A DNA stretch of 64,000 nt from Octopus vulgaris (taxonomy: Eukaryota): assembly GCA_951406725.2 (NCBI GenBank), contig OX597825.1, positions 19,406,001 through 19,470,000 on the forward strand. The letters run 5' to 3'. Of the stretch, positions 28,240-40,430 are shown piece by piece. The translations under genes were made by a program, and so were the position numbers. The notes beneath the pieces are model-generated. The model saw only the letters and a list, made by a program, of their open reading frames with translations, did not search any database and was not told the origin of the DNA. The stretch's first letter is position 1; each line of letters begins with the position of its first letter.

Positions 28240-28518
28240 CTTTCTGCCCTTTCTCTCTCATGTCTCCTCCTCTCTACTGTCTCACCTTCTTCCCCACTTT
28301 TCCCCCGCCTCTTTGAAAACATACATATGCATGTCTGTTTTTGTGTAGATGCACAAAACATTCATATGATGTATACACACACACAGTGCACGGATTCTGT
28401 GTCAATAGCCTTCTGGAAAGTATGTTTTCCTGGGATTTAAACGACAGTAACATCATCCTTTGTGGGACCGCTACACTCTGTTTGCAAATAAACTTTACTA
28501 TATATATATATATATATA

Positions 28519-29430
28519 TATCATGTCATTAAGAATAAAATGTCCGATTCTGAACTGAAAGTTTATTTTACTTTATATCAACAAAAAAGCAATGCAGTTG
28601 ATCAAAATATGCACCTAAATTATAAACACAATTTTGCCATTTTATCGGTAGCTTATTTATATCGGCAGCGAAGAATTCTGAAGAGCAGAAGTGATGAAAT
28701 CACGAAAGGCTCTTTCTGCATCGTCTGCAGATTTGAAGGATTTTTTTCTTTCCCAAGAGTTATCTAATGCCTGGCAAAGTGATAGTTATTTGGTTCAAGA
28801 TCTGGTGAATATGGCGAATTACAGATTACTTCCAAGTTCAGTTCCTGTAACTTGATTAGCATTCTTTGTGCAACATGTGATCGAGCATTGTCTTGCTAGA
28901 AAATTGGCCTGACTCTATTGACCAATCTCGGTTGTGTGATTGTAAGTCCCCTCATCATTTCATCCATTTGGTTGATGTATACATCCGTTGTAACTGACTT
29001 ACCAGGTCTCATGAAGCTGTAGTGAGTGACGCCAGCGCTGGACCACCAAACATACACCCATTAGATTTCTCTTGTGAATTTTCTGTTCTGGTTTATGTTT
29101 CGGCGCTTCGTCTCTATCGAACCACCGTGCAGAACGCTTGCTATTGTTAAAAAGAATGCATTTTTCATCATACGTAACAATATATTGCGAAAATGGTTCG
29201 CTGTTATTGCGCGAAAGCAAAGAACAGCAAGTTTCCAGACGACGTGTCATTTGATGCACGCTCAGTTCGTGTGGTATCCACTTGTCCAGCATTTTTTACC
29301 TTGTCCATTTGTTTTAGATGCTCCAATGCAGTTCGAATCCAAACATCAAACTTGCTGCTAACTTACACTCAGTTTGAGAAATATTGGCTTCCACTACAGT
29401 TTCCAACTCATCCTCATCTACCTTGGTCTC
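28519..29430 (-). pseudogene. Decayed mariner (DD34D) transposase with right end
   Basis: Minus-strand motifs KWIPHELS, IVTYDEK, QDNARSH, SPYSPDLEP and KLPIKWQNCV...GAYFD; frameshifts and stops; TIR-like end next to (TA)n. Confidence 0.88.
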
Positions 29431-29811
29431 AGGTCTAACATAGAGTTATGAGGGAGAAAAAGAGAGAAAGAGACAGACATACAAACAGAGACAGACAGAG
29501 ACGGAAATCATCAAAGTTCAATGAATTCAACTATTTTGACCAAGGATTCTCGTGTTGCAAAACAACAACCACTAACTTGTCACATTTATGAAAAGCGTGT
29601 GAATTTCCAAACGTGCAATCATGAAAGATTAATTGTAATTTAATTCAATTTATCTTTTTTTTCCTTATTGCGTGACTAAAATTGATATAACTTGAAACCA
29701 GCATCATAATTTGATAAAAATATAAATACTTTCCTCCGTTTGTACACGAGAACGTTCTCAAAGCGTTTCCACATATTCTTGCTAATAGATTGCACAAGAA
29801 TCTTTTCCTCT

Positions 29812-29900
<89 letters not shown>

Positions 29901-30032
29901 CGCACACACACATAATTTAAATAAGGGTAACGACTAAATAGTGTCACATTCTAGAAGACGACAACTGTCTTTAAAACTAACCTGTTTATCGCTACTTGAT
30001 AAAATCCTATATAGATTTTATCCTTGATTATA

Positions 30033-30065
<33 letters not shown>

Positions 30066-30075
<10 letters not shown>

Positions 30076-30251
30076 TATTAGAGACAAAACCACTATTTTG
30101 CAAAACAAACAAGGAAAGACTTAATCAATACATAAAATTTTAATAAATTTTGTCTCTAATAATATTTTATAATATTTTACTATAAAATTGGATTTAATCC
30201 TAAATCTGATTTTTTCCCTGTAAATTTGGATTTATTCCTAATATTTATTAT

Positions 30252-30255
<4 letters not shown>
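30066..30255. mobile_element. (TA)n-embedded short element with a 24-bp inverted repeat (PLE-like)
   Basis: tataaaatattattagagacaaaa / ttttgtctctaataatattttata; the 3' part is antisense-similar to 25106-25165. Confidence 0.55.
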
Positions 30256-30311
<56 letters not shown>

Positions 30312-30313
<2 letters not shown>

Positions 30314-30745
30314 CAATTCAATAAAGATGTTATTCACACCATATAGAAAACAGATACTATACCTTATATTAAATCAATAAAGTACAATAAATTGTAAATA
30401 GCAGTAAAAAGACAAGATAAGTCATATTTTTATTTTAAGAAATGTTTTTAAAATGCTTTCCGATTATTTATAGTTAATACACGTATTTTTCATATATTTA
30501 TTTGGTAATTAGTATAAGTTAAGATAAGTACATTTATTCTATAATTATTATTTTATTATCTGTTAAATTAGACCTGATGATTGACTATATTTTTAAATAG
30601 AATTAATTTCAGTTCGATTCAATTTTGAATCGAATTGATTTTATTATTATTATTTATTTGAAAATATAGCCATGAAACGTGCGTAGTCTTTTTAATAGTA
30701 TTTACTATTTATTGTACTTTATTGATGTAATATAAGTTTTTCTTT
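30312..30745 (+). mobile_element. PLE-like pseudo-LTR remnant with inverted terminal copy
   Basis: Starts at (TA)n; 30363-30413 is an inverted copy of 30686-30736; contains a hammerhead motif. Confidence 0.65.
30570..30689 (+). ncRNA. Type I hammerhead ribozyme motif
   Basis: AGAC-CUGAUGA-[~93-nt stem II hairpin]-GAAAC-GUGC-GUA-GUCU; stem I AGAC/GUCU; predicted cleavage after A30685. Confidence 0.75.
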
Positions 30746-30844
30746 TAACTGAATGTGATTTCGAAAATGTAAGTTGTTTGTGCAGTAAGTATTTGTCTTT
30801 AAACAGTCAATATTTTAATGTCTATTAAAATTATTTTCAAGTCA

Positions 30845-31279
30845 TTAATTTCCGTAAAAAAATTTTATTTCTTTATTTTGTTTTAAGTGAAAGAGAGGAG
30901 AAAATGAAAGATGAATGAACGTGTATATGAAATGGATGTGTGTGTGAAAGAGAGAGAGAGAGAGAGAAGGAGAGAGACAGAGAGAGGGAGGGAGAGAGTG
31001 AGAGAGAGAGAGAAAGATTGAGTCAAGTGGTGCGTTGTATTGCATATGTACCTACATCAATATATCCTTTTGTATGTACGGGTGCTTGTGAGTGAGCGAG
31101 AGAGAGAGTGAGAGATTGAATGTGTGTGTTCTCATGTATTTGTAAGTGGCACTCTCTCTCTCCCTCTCACACACACATACACACACATCCATTTCATATA
31201 CACGTTCATATATCTTTCACTTTCTCCTCTCTTTCAATTTAAAACAAAAAGAAATAGATAAAAAATTTAGGGAAATTAA
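30845..31279. repeat. Inverted duplication with ~125-bp arms
   Basis: atgaacgtgtatatgaaatggatgtgtgtgt (30915-30945) mirrors acacacacatccatttcatatacacgttcat (~31179-31209); homology extends to ttaatttcc/ggaaattaa. Confidence 0.8.
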
Positions 31280-32073
31280 CGAACAAAACTAGATGATCCG
31301 GATGAATGTTCTGAGTGTCAAGGCGAAAGATCGCATCAAGGAAATATCATTACAAATTTTTTTGTAGTGCGTTCAACATGTCTCGGCTCCAAAGTTTTGG
31401 CTGCTATTTCTAGCACGCCCTGCTATATTGTAACAGCTATTTGCGATTAAGGCCCCGAAATACCTGTTACGTGGTAGCAGGGTGTGCAAGAACTAGCAGC
31501 CAAATCTTTCCCTTTTCCGGGGATGTAAGACGTTTACGCGTGATTTCGATGTTACATTCGTTGAAAGCATGCGAAATAACACGGAAAAGAAAGAAAAATA
31601 CATGAAACAAAATTCCGTTGCTGGGAAACAGACTTTGCAGGTGACCCAACGGGTCACAGGTAGTCTAGCAAATATATAAGATATTAATATACATATATAA
31701 ATAGACGAGTGAAATTAGGTTATAAAAGTATAATTGTATAAAAATATAGATGTATAAAAGTATATTTAGAATTTAGAATTGAAGTCATCTTAAAAGGCAT
31801 TATAGAACGGGGTTGTAAACATTATTTAAGAATAAACTATGCCCTTACAAAAAGATGAATAAAATAAAGCCTTTCGAAGTGCGAATAAAAACATCCTAGT
31901 GTTGAGATTGGATTTTTTTCAAAGACAATATGTAAATAATAGACTCCGATATTATCCGACCGTTCAAGTAGGTCTCCCGGCGGTAGTGCGTATTTTTGTT
32001 TGATTGTGCTCTCTTTTCGAAAGTGGATGAGCTGAAATTTTTCTTCGTTCAGCTGTATATTGTGTTTTTGTGC

Positions 32074-32575
32074 CTACTGGGTTACTGCGCATAGGTCGAT
32101 CATAGGTCGGTCCCTTAATGTTATTTTCTGAATCTTAAAGTCAACAGCAAATATTTTAATGGTGCTATGTTCAATGGAATCTGATACAGACAATAAAAAT
32201 AAGTGGACCCAGCACACTGTGCTTGGTTCACTTCCGCTGATGACTTTTTCTAGTCTTGAGTTGATGCCATCAACCACGACATTCTGGGTCCTGTCTGTTA
32301 GGAAACACTTAATCCATTGCCTTCAGCGTTGACTTAGTCAATCGACTCCACCGAGCCCAGCATTGGATAGTTTCCTTAATAGTATATTGTGGCCGACTCT
32401 GTCAGAGGCCTTGCTGAAATCAAGATATATGACATCGACATTGGAGCCCTCACTTAGTTCATTTAACATGTCATCAATGTGGTAGAGGAGCTGTGTTAGA
32501 CAGTCCCGGCCACCACGAAAGCCATGCTCATTTTGCTTTAGGAGTTGATTTTGCTTTAGGAGGCTGTTATCCTTG
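32074..32575 (-). pseudogene. CR1/L2-type LINE reverse-transcriptase remnant
   Basis: Minus translation HGFRGGRDCLTQLL...VDVIYLDFSKASDRVGHNILLRKL...QWIKCFLTDRTQNVVVDG...IKIFAVD; contains stops and frameshifts. Confidence 0.9.
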
Positions 32576-32633
32576 ATCTCAACACCCTATCAAATATTTT
32601 GATGATATGTGAGGTGAGTGAGATATATGTATG

Positions 32634-32702
<69 letters not shown>

Positions 32703-32706
<4 letters not shown>

Positions 32707-32875
32707 AGAGTTTATGGAAAAAACAAAAGACGAAGCCAGGTGGTGTACAAAACAAACAGATGTATTAGTATAACGCTCAGGAATAGAAAAAGTATTTTAC
32801 GTTTCAAGCCTACGCTCTTCTACAGAAGGGGACACAGAAAAAACAAGGAAAGAAACGAGGAGGAAAAAAAAAATA
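32703..32875 (-). mobile_element. PLE-like terminal element with minimal hammerhead motif (32792-32830)
   Basis: Reverse complement homologous to 53281-53437; CUGUAGA-A-GAGC-GUAG-GCUU-GAAAC-GUA; abuts a long (TA)n. Confidence 0.65.
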
Positions 32876-33280
32876 TATATACATAAATGTGTGTATTATT
32901 TGTGTGTGTGTGTATATATATATATGTATGTATGTAAGTGTGTATGTATATGAGGTATCATCGATATTAAACCTCCCCCACCATTCCAGAGCCATATTCG
33001 ATATTTCAATACACTACATCAAATATTTCATGTTATATCGATATGTCGCTTCTTCTCTCCTTTCACAATATTCCATGTTCTCTTTCTATATATTCTCTCT
33101 CTCCTTTTATTTCGCTTCTCAATTTTAGTCACCCCGTATTCTCTCTCTCTCGTTTTCTCTTACCTTTCCTTTTTGATCTCCCTCTTCCCTTTGCCTTCTG
33201 TTACTTCATTTCTATCACTATTATTAGTAGTAGTATCCCTTTTCTTTTCCTTGCTATTTCATTTTGCTGTATTTTTTGCT

Positions 33281-33688
33281 TACTCTTTTACTTGTTTCAG
33301 TCATTTGACTGCGGCCATGCTGGAGCACCGCCTTTAGTCGAGCGAAATCGACCCCGAGACTTATTCTTTGTAAGCCCAGTACTTATTCTATCGGTCTCTT
33401 TTGCCGAACCGCTAAGTGACGGGGACGCAAACACACCAGCATCGGTTGTCAAACAATGCTAGTGGGACAAACACACACACACACAAACACAGACACATAC
33501 ACACATATATATATATACATATATACGACGGGCTTCTTTCAGTTTCCGTCTACCAAATCCACTCACAAGGCTTTGGTCGGCCCGGTGCTATAGCAGAAGA
33601 CACTTGCCCAAGATGCCACGCAGTGGGACTGAACCTGGAACCATGTGGTTGGTTAGCAAGCTACTTACCACACAGCCACTCCTGCGCC
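33281..33688 (-). mobile_element. SINE family A, full length
   Basis: High-identity match to the other family-A copies. Confidence 0.93.
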
Positions 33689-33871
33689 TCCAGCTTTCAA
33701 TAATTTTTAAAAAATTCTTGTTTCAATTTCAGTCCTCTCTTTTCTGTTTTATCACTGTTAATTATTTGCAATTCCTAATTCAGGACATTGTCTATTTTAT
33801 TCTGTTCTTTTATTTACTGGCTTTCATACAAAGTTTTACTTCCATTTAACTATAGTTAACAGAAGATATAG

Positions 33872-34274
33872 TGGTACCGCAATTCTAGGTGTAATAGTCA
33901 AACCGATTCATTAATCACAAAAGCACCATCTTAATAAGTTGACAAAGATACAAGCTCCCTACGGCCGCAGATACAGCCATATCACCGGTGATTTCGAATT
34001 TTGATGAAGAACATTTTAATTCCAATCGGTGAAACTTACCGCGCCAAGGATTGAAGTTACCTCACCTTGTCAACTCATAAAAAAAAAACCGTTGAAAACA
34101 AGTGCTGATTCCAAAGACGTTAGAAGTGAAAACACAAAATCGCTGGTGATATGGCTATATCTTCGACCATAGGGAGATTGTCTCCTTCTTTTGTTTTTGG
34201 CTTACCAAAAAAAAATAGTGCTCTTGTGGCTAATGAGTCTGTTTGACTCTTATTTCTAGCAACACCAGTACCAC
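33872..34274. mobile_element. MITE-like foldback with ~135-bp diverged inverted arms
   Basis: gtggtac...ctccctacggccgcagatacagccatatcaccggtgattt vs aaatcgctggtgatatggctatatcttcgaccatagggag...gtaccac. Confidence 0.75.
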
Positions 34275-34474
34275 TTCGTAAACACTGTCACTTTGGTGAC
34301 GTCAATAAAATTGCCTTTAGGTTGTTAAATTGCTAATAAGCCAACCATATATATATGAATATATGAGAATTTCCGATAAACACAAACTTATATAATTTGT
34401 TCATACGTATGTTAAACCATTGTAGTTGTCCTTGAATTTGGATGGTAAGAAGTTAAACTTGTTTTAATTACGCA

Positions 34475-34756
34475 TTATATTACAGACTCTCCCGTCGAGG
34501 ACGACGTATGAATGTTCAGCGGGAAGACACAATTAAAAAAGTCCAGCCAAATGAACAATCAACAACAAGCTCACATTTCTGTTCCTACAAATCTCCAACG
34601 TTTACGATTCATTCACTTCACCTGGAGTCTCCTGATGTGAGACTCGAGGTCAGAAAAATAATGTGAGCATGGCTTATTAAACCAGCAGGTGACCTCGCTG
34701 CGAAATCACAATGTCGACAGTGATCGTCTGCGGGAAGATTGTTGCTGCTTTTCCCG
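34475..34756 (-). mobile_element. RTE-like LINE 3' remnant
   Basis: Minus frame HCRHCDFAARSPAGLISHAH (C2H2-like finger typical of RTE C-termini); ends gtcgtcctcgacgggagagtctg-taataa. Confidence 0.6.
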
Positions 34757-35069
34757 TGTGTGTGTGTGTGGGGGTCTGTATATAGGTGAATGTATGCATA
34801 TGTATGTATATATATATACATAGGACAAATACTGAGAAAAATTTGAAAACGCATCGAAGTTTTCTGCTATAGGTGTGTATGTGCGTGTGTGTGAGTATGT
34901 GTGCGAATGTGTGTATGTATCATCATCAGCAGCAGGAGCAGCATCGTTTAACATCCGTTTTCCGTGCTAGCAGGGGTTAGATATGTATATTTATTTGTAT
35001 AGGAGAATAGAGAGAAAAAGTTGAAAATGCGTCGAAGTTTTCTGTTATATATGTGTGTGTGTGTATGTA

Positions 35070-35113
<44 letters not shown>

Positions 35114-35194
35114 CATATATAGGGAAAATACAGAGAAAATGTTGAAAATGCGTCGAAGTTTTTTGTTATATGTGTGCGTTTGTGTGTGTGTGTC

Positions 35195-35242
<48 letters not shown>

Positions 35243-35619
35243 TGTGTGTGTGTCTGTGTCTGTGTGTGAGAATTCTGTAATTAAAATAATCTTAATGTTT
35301 AGTGGAGAATAATTTTATTCTATGTGGTTACATGCATGAAAAATAAGCATACAAAGATAAGTTTTCACGGAATAACTGTTCATAGTTGAACTGAAAATGT
35401 AATAGTATACGCGTTCTTTCAGTGAATTTCGCTTATATGATTTATATAAACATGCATAATAAGACTGAGACGAATGGAAGGGAACAAAGGAAAATAACGT
35501 GTTGCTTCGAGTCTAATTTATATAAGTAAAAGCATACTTCGATATAAATATACTCGTCTATATGCACATGCATATATGTATGGTTTGTAAATATATATAT
35601 ATATATCGATATATATTTA

Positions 35620-36218
35620 TCTATATATATAAAACTCAACTTTTGTGTCTATGTGTGTATCTGCGTGTGTGTCTGTGTGTTTAACTTCCCGGCACATCTC
35701 CTCCTAGCCAACAAATCGTAGAACCACCAAAAGTGGGTCACTTAAAGTTTAGGCGAATGAAAATTAAACTGCGCTATTTCTGTTCCGAAATTCATCTCGC
35801 AAGTGCAAAAATCGATAATGTGTTTGTTTAGGCCTTATCCCATGCGTTGAATAGTGAACATTACTCAGTCAGCTGTTTGACGTGAACTGTGTTCACCACG
35901 CGTGCAAGCATGCGTAAATTGCATGAAAAATAAAAAATCAAGTTTAAAAACGAATCGCCGTAAACATTGTAGAAATTCGGCAAAGAAAGGAATTTTCGGG
36001 ATGTAGCCTGGAGGGTTTTTTCGTATTGGAATTTGTGAACACATACCAATTGTTTTCATAACATTTTTAACGCTTTGAATTAAATGTGACCATTTTGCGT
36101 TCAGTCTGCAGTTTGAATCACTTTAACCAAATTTTAGCAGGCCGGATTTTTGATCATCACGATACATCGCCAGCGACTCCCTGAAACTCTCCCCTGAAAT
36201 CCCCGTTGAGAAATCTAT
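35620..36218 (+). mobile_element. Probable non-autonomous Helitron (diverged)
   Basis: A|TCTATATATATAAAA start followed by a TG-rich tract and atctcctcc (shared with the 36778 copy); degenerate 3' end aaatctat. Confidence 0.5.
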
Positions 36219-36311
36219 ATATGCGTCTAATTGTTAAAGACAACAATAAATGCTAAGGCAATACAAACATCTCAAGTCAAATACATTATCATTATTGAAA
36301 AATTATATGAC

Positions 36312-36716
36312 TGTGCGGGGGTGGCTGTGTGGTAAGTAGCTTGTTTACCAACTACATGGTTCCGGGTTCAGTCCCACTGCGTGGCACATTGGGCAAGTGT
36401 CTTCTAGTATAGCCTCGGGCCGACCAAAACCTTGTGAGTGGATTTGGTAGACGGAAACTGAAAGAATCCCGTCGTATATATGTATATATATGTATGTGTG
36501 TGTGTTTGTGTGTCTGTGTTTGTCCCCTTAGCATTTCTTGACAACCGATGCTGGTGTGTTTATGTCCCCGTAACTTAGCGGTTCGGCAAAAAGAGACCGA
36601 CAGAATAAGTACTGGGCTTACAAAGAATAAGTCCCGGGGTCGAGTTGCTCGACTAAAGGCGGTGCTCCAGCATGGCCTCAGTCAAATGACTTAAACAAGT
36701 AAAAGAGTAAAAGAGA
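36312..36716 (+). mobile_element. SINE family A inserted in the loop of a short foldback
   Basis: Full family-A sequence; flanked by atatgact direct repeats and by inverted arms 36229-36279 / 36722-36772. Confidence 0.9.
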
Positions 36717-36777
36717 ACATATGACTTGAGATGTTTGTCTTGTATTAGCGTTTCTTGTCCTCTTTAACAATTATATA

Positions 36778-37146
36778 TCTCTCTATATAAAGCTGAAGTT
36801 GCCTGTCTATGGCAAGTTTGGTAGCATTCAACTAACACTATCTCCTCCGAAACCCTGCGACGCAAGTTGACCCAAATTGAGAGTATGATAGAAGAAGGCC
36901 TGTTCTTCCTTCAGACCATGTTAACAACAAAAATTATTTACATCACAAAGGTGCTTTTTTTTCTATAAATATCCCTATTTTTTACGATTTTTTAACCGCC
37001 TTGTCGCCATTTTTCGGTGTATTTCAACCAGAAAAATGTTCACTTAAAGAGAATAACAAGCTACATAATGCAGAATTTTTACTTTTCAAAAATTCCAATT
37101 CTAAAGGATCGAAACAAACTCTAGCAAGGCCGGGCGATACTGCTAG
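36778..37146 (+). mobile_element. Non-autonomous Helitron
   Basis: A|TCTCTCTATATAAAG ... ctagcaaggccgggcgatactgCTAG|T: 5' TC, GC-rich subterminal motif, 3' CTAG, A/T insertion site, no TSD. Confidence 0.75.
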
Positions 37147-37147
37147 T

Positions 37148-37253
<106 letters not shown>

Positions 37254-37324
37254 ATATAGTTGTATGATATTGCGTGATAGTATTTTTCTGCCTATAACAA
37301 TATTTATATAAATTATATGCATGA

Positions 37325-37585
37325 ATGGATGTGTGGCAAGTAGCTTGCTTGCAAACCACGTGGTTCTGAGTTCAGTCCTACTGCATGGCACCTTAGGCAA
37401 GTGTCTTCTACTATAGCCTCAGGCCAACCAAAGTCTTGGATTTCGTATATACATATGTGTTTGTGTTTGTTCCTCCATTCACCATCGCTTGACAACTGAT
37501 GTTGGTGTTTACGTCCCCGATAACTTAGTGGTTTGGCCAAAGTGACCGATAGAATAATTACTAGGCTTAGAAAGAATAAAAGAAT
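37325..37585 (+). mobile_element. SINE family A, internally deleted
   Basis: Head gtgtggcaagtagcttgc, with body and tail segments. Confidence 0.8.
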
Positions 37586-38034
37586 ATACATACATACTTC
37601 TCGGTATGTATCAGTTTACCCTTAAAATAGGTTAATATATACTTAAATGTGTTATAAATCATTTATTTTGAAAGAATTAAATTTACATCAGATTGTGTAC
37701 GTCTAAGAATTAGAATGTATGTTTTGAACATGGTATGAATTATAGAATAAAAAAAACTTCTGACAAAGAATCAGATAATCCTGTTTTTAATCTTCTGATT
37801 ATATTCATCATCAAATTGTAAAATATATGTCACATTCTTCTGCATGATTTTTGTTATTATGTTCTGAATCTTGAAGCTTGAAAGCATTCGATTTAAACAG
37901 GTTAGAAAGTGATTGACACATTCCATAGCAAAATGTTGCCGGTTCAAATCATATGAAATCTCGACACACAGAGGCTCTTGCATGAACATACACTCACAAC
38001 CAGGCATACGTCTATACACAGACAGACACAGACA

Positions 38035-38129
<95 letters not shown>

Positions 38130-38185
38130 CTCTCTCACATTCTCTCGCTCTCTCTCACTTCATTTATATATTTAGACAGATAGAC

Positions 38186-38403
38186 ATTTCGTTTTTGGAT
38201 TTGGTTTGCAAGATTCTTTATATGAGTTCGTGTGTTGAAGCATATTCTGTTATACCACTTATTTATTTTTTTATTTTTTCTAAAATTTTCAAGAGGCAAC
38301 GAAAATTTTGAAAACTATGAAAAAGAAATAAGTGGAAATTTTACCGGTGAGTGTGTTAAATTATAAGGCACCAAGAGAAAATGACTCTCCCCAGACACAT
38401 AGC
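38186..38403. mobile_element. PLE-like foldback remnant, same family as 43262-43587
   Basis: ttttggatttggtttgcaagattcttta in sense and gtgagtgtgttaaattat...gactctccccagacac in antisense. Confidence 0.65.
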
Positions 38404-38629
38404 TGGAAAAATGGAAAATCCAAGGATCGAGGTGTAGAAAGAGAGTGAGCTTCACACACACCGTACAAAATATGATAAACAACTTTGAGAAACAACAGTA
38501 ATATATTGGGGCGGACGTTTGTGAATTTTTTCCGTATCAAAGTACGATAACCTGTAAATAGTTACTTTTTATTTCAAGGTTGGTAGCCAGGGTTTGCCGT
38601 GTTTAGCACTTGGATATATGTGTGCATGT

Positions 38630-38845
38630 GTGTGTATGTGTGTGTGTGTGTGTTTGTGTTTGTCCCCCGAACATCGCTTGACAAACGATGGTGGTGTGTT
38701 TATGTCTCCGTAACTAAGCGGTTCCGCAAAACAGACCGATATAATAAGTACTAAGCTAATAAAGAAAAAATCCTGGGGTCAATTTGCTCGACTAAAGGCA
38801 GTGCTCCTGCATGGCTGGAGTTAAATGACTGAAACAAGTAACAGA
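38630..38845 (+). mobile_element. SINE family A, 3' half
   Basis: gtgtttgtcccc...gcttgacaa...gcggttc...aaatgactgaaacaagtaa. Confidence 0.85.
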
Positions 38846-38847
38846 AT

Positions 38848-38949
<102 letters not shown>

Positions 38950-39081
38950 TATATAGATATATATATATACATATACATACATATATATCTCTATATATAT
39001 ACGTATATATACATATACATATACATATACATATATATAGAGAGAAATAGATAGATAGATACATACATACATATACATATA

Positions 39082-39128
<47 letters not shown>

Positions 39129-39696
39129 ATACAAGTGAAAGAATTGAAGAAATGAATTTGAAAATACATAGAGAATATATGAATATATTAGAATTTAAAT
39201 GTTTATATATATCGGAATACACTTGACCGATTTTACATCACATTTTTTTCAAAAGTGTAAGTGTACGACGGAATTGTGTCGTGAATTGCCCCTGGCCTTT
39301 GTAACAATATATATTCATATACATAAATATATATACGTGTGTGTTTTTTGTCGGTGTGTTTTGTGCCTGTTCTTGTTGTGTCTGTGTGTGTCCGTGTGTG
39401 TGTGCCTGTGTATACATGTTTGTGCGTGTATTCATTTCGAATTTCAGTAAGCATCAGGAAAGGACTCTAACTCAGCAATGCCTTGTAAAGGAAACCAGCT
39501 ATCAGGGGCAACTTCGTACATCTTAAACAAGTCGTCTTTATCAGTGCGAAAAAACGACACATACTTAGCGATACCACTCGCCTAACCCACCCAAAATCCA
39601 TATACCCGAAATAAATAATACCTTGATATGCGTGTGTCAATTTATACCCGCTTTCTTTAGCAATTCAGTTTATATTTACGGAATATTTTTAATCAC

Positions 39697-40096
39697 GAAA
39701 GTGACGAACTGGCAGAAACAATAGCGCGCCGGGCTATTCAGAGTTCAAATTCCGCCGGGGTCGATTTTGCCTTTCATCCTTTCGGGGGTCGATAAATTAA
39801 GTACCAGTTACGCACTGGGATCGATGTAATCGACTTAATCCCTTTGGATGTCCATGTTTGTCCCTTCTATGTTTGGCCCCTTGTGAGCAATAAAGAAATA
39901 AGAAATGTTAGCACGCTGGGCGAAATATTAATCGGTATTTCGTCTGTCTTTATGCTCTGAGATCAAATTCCGCCGAGGTTAATTTGCCTTTCATTCTTTC
40001 GGGGTCAATAAATTAAATAACAGTTACGTACTGGGGTTGATCTAATCAACTGATCCCCTCACCAAAATTATCTGGCCTTGTGCCTAGCGTAGTAAA
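39697..40096 (+). mobile_element. SINE family B dimer with 16-bp TSD
   Basis: TSD gaatatttttaatcac at 39681-39696 and 40097-40112. Confidence 0.9.
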
Positions 40097-40430
40097 GAAT
40101 ATTTTTAATCACTGCGAGTGCCCAGTATTTTAACAATCAGGCGAATCCGTCAGTTTATGTGTATTTGAGTTAAGTATAAGGGGTGGGGAAAATACCTTAA
40201 AATAATTTAGCATTACTAATGCCCTGCCTGATGTTGATACATTAAAAATGAGAACGAGTACCAATCCAATGGAAATGAAACATAATAAATACCCCACAAA
40301 ATTGCTATCGTAAACGAGTCCAGTTTGATGAAAAGACAGACAACACTATCCACAAGAAGAGAGAGGGTCAGAGTCAGAAAGAGAGAGACAGACAGAGACA
40401 GATTCAGTAATGCTTTAAATAACCAATTGT

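Noticed and set aside
34820-35170. CRISPR-like repeat-spacer pattern
   Set aside because: Eukaryotic context, degenerate repeats, microsatellite spacers of unequal length, no cas genes.
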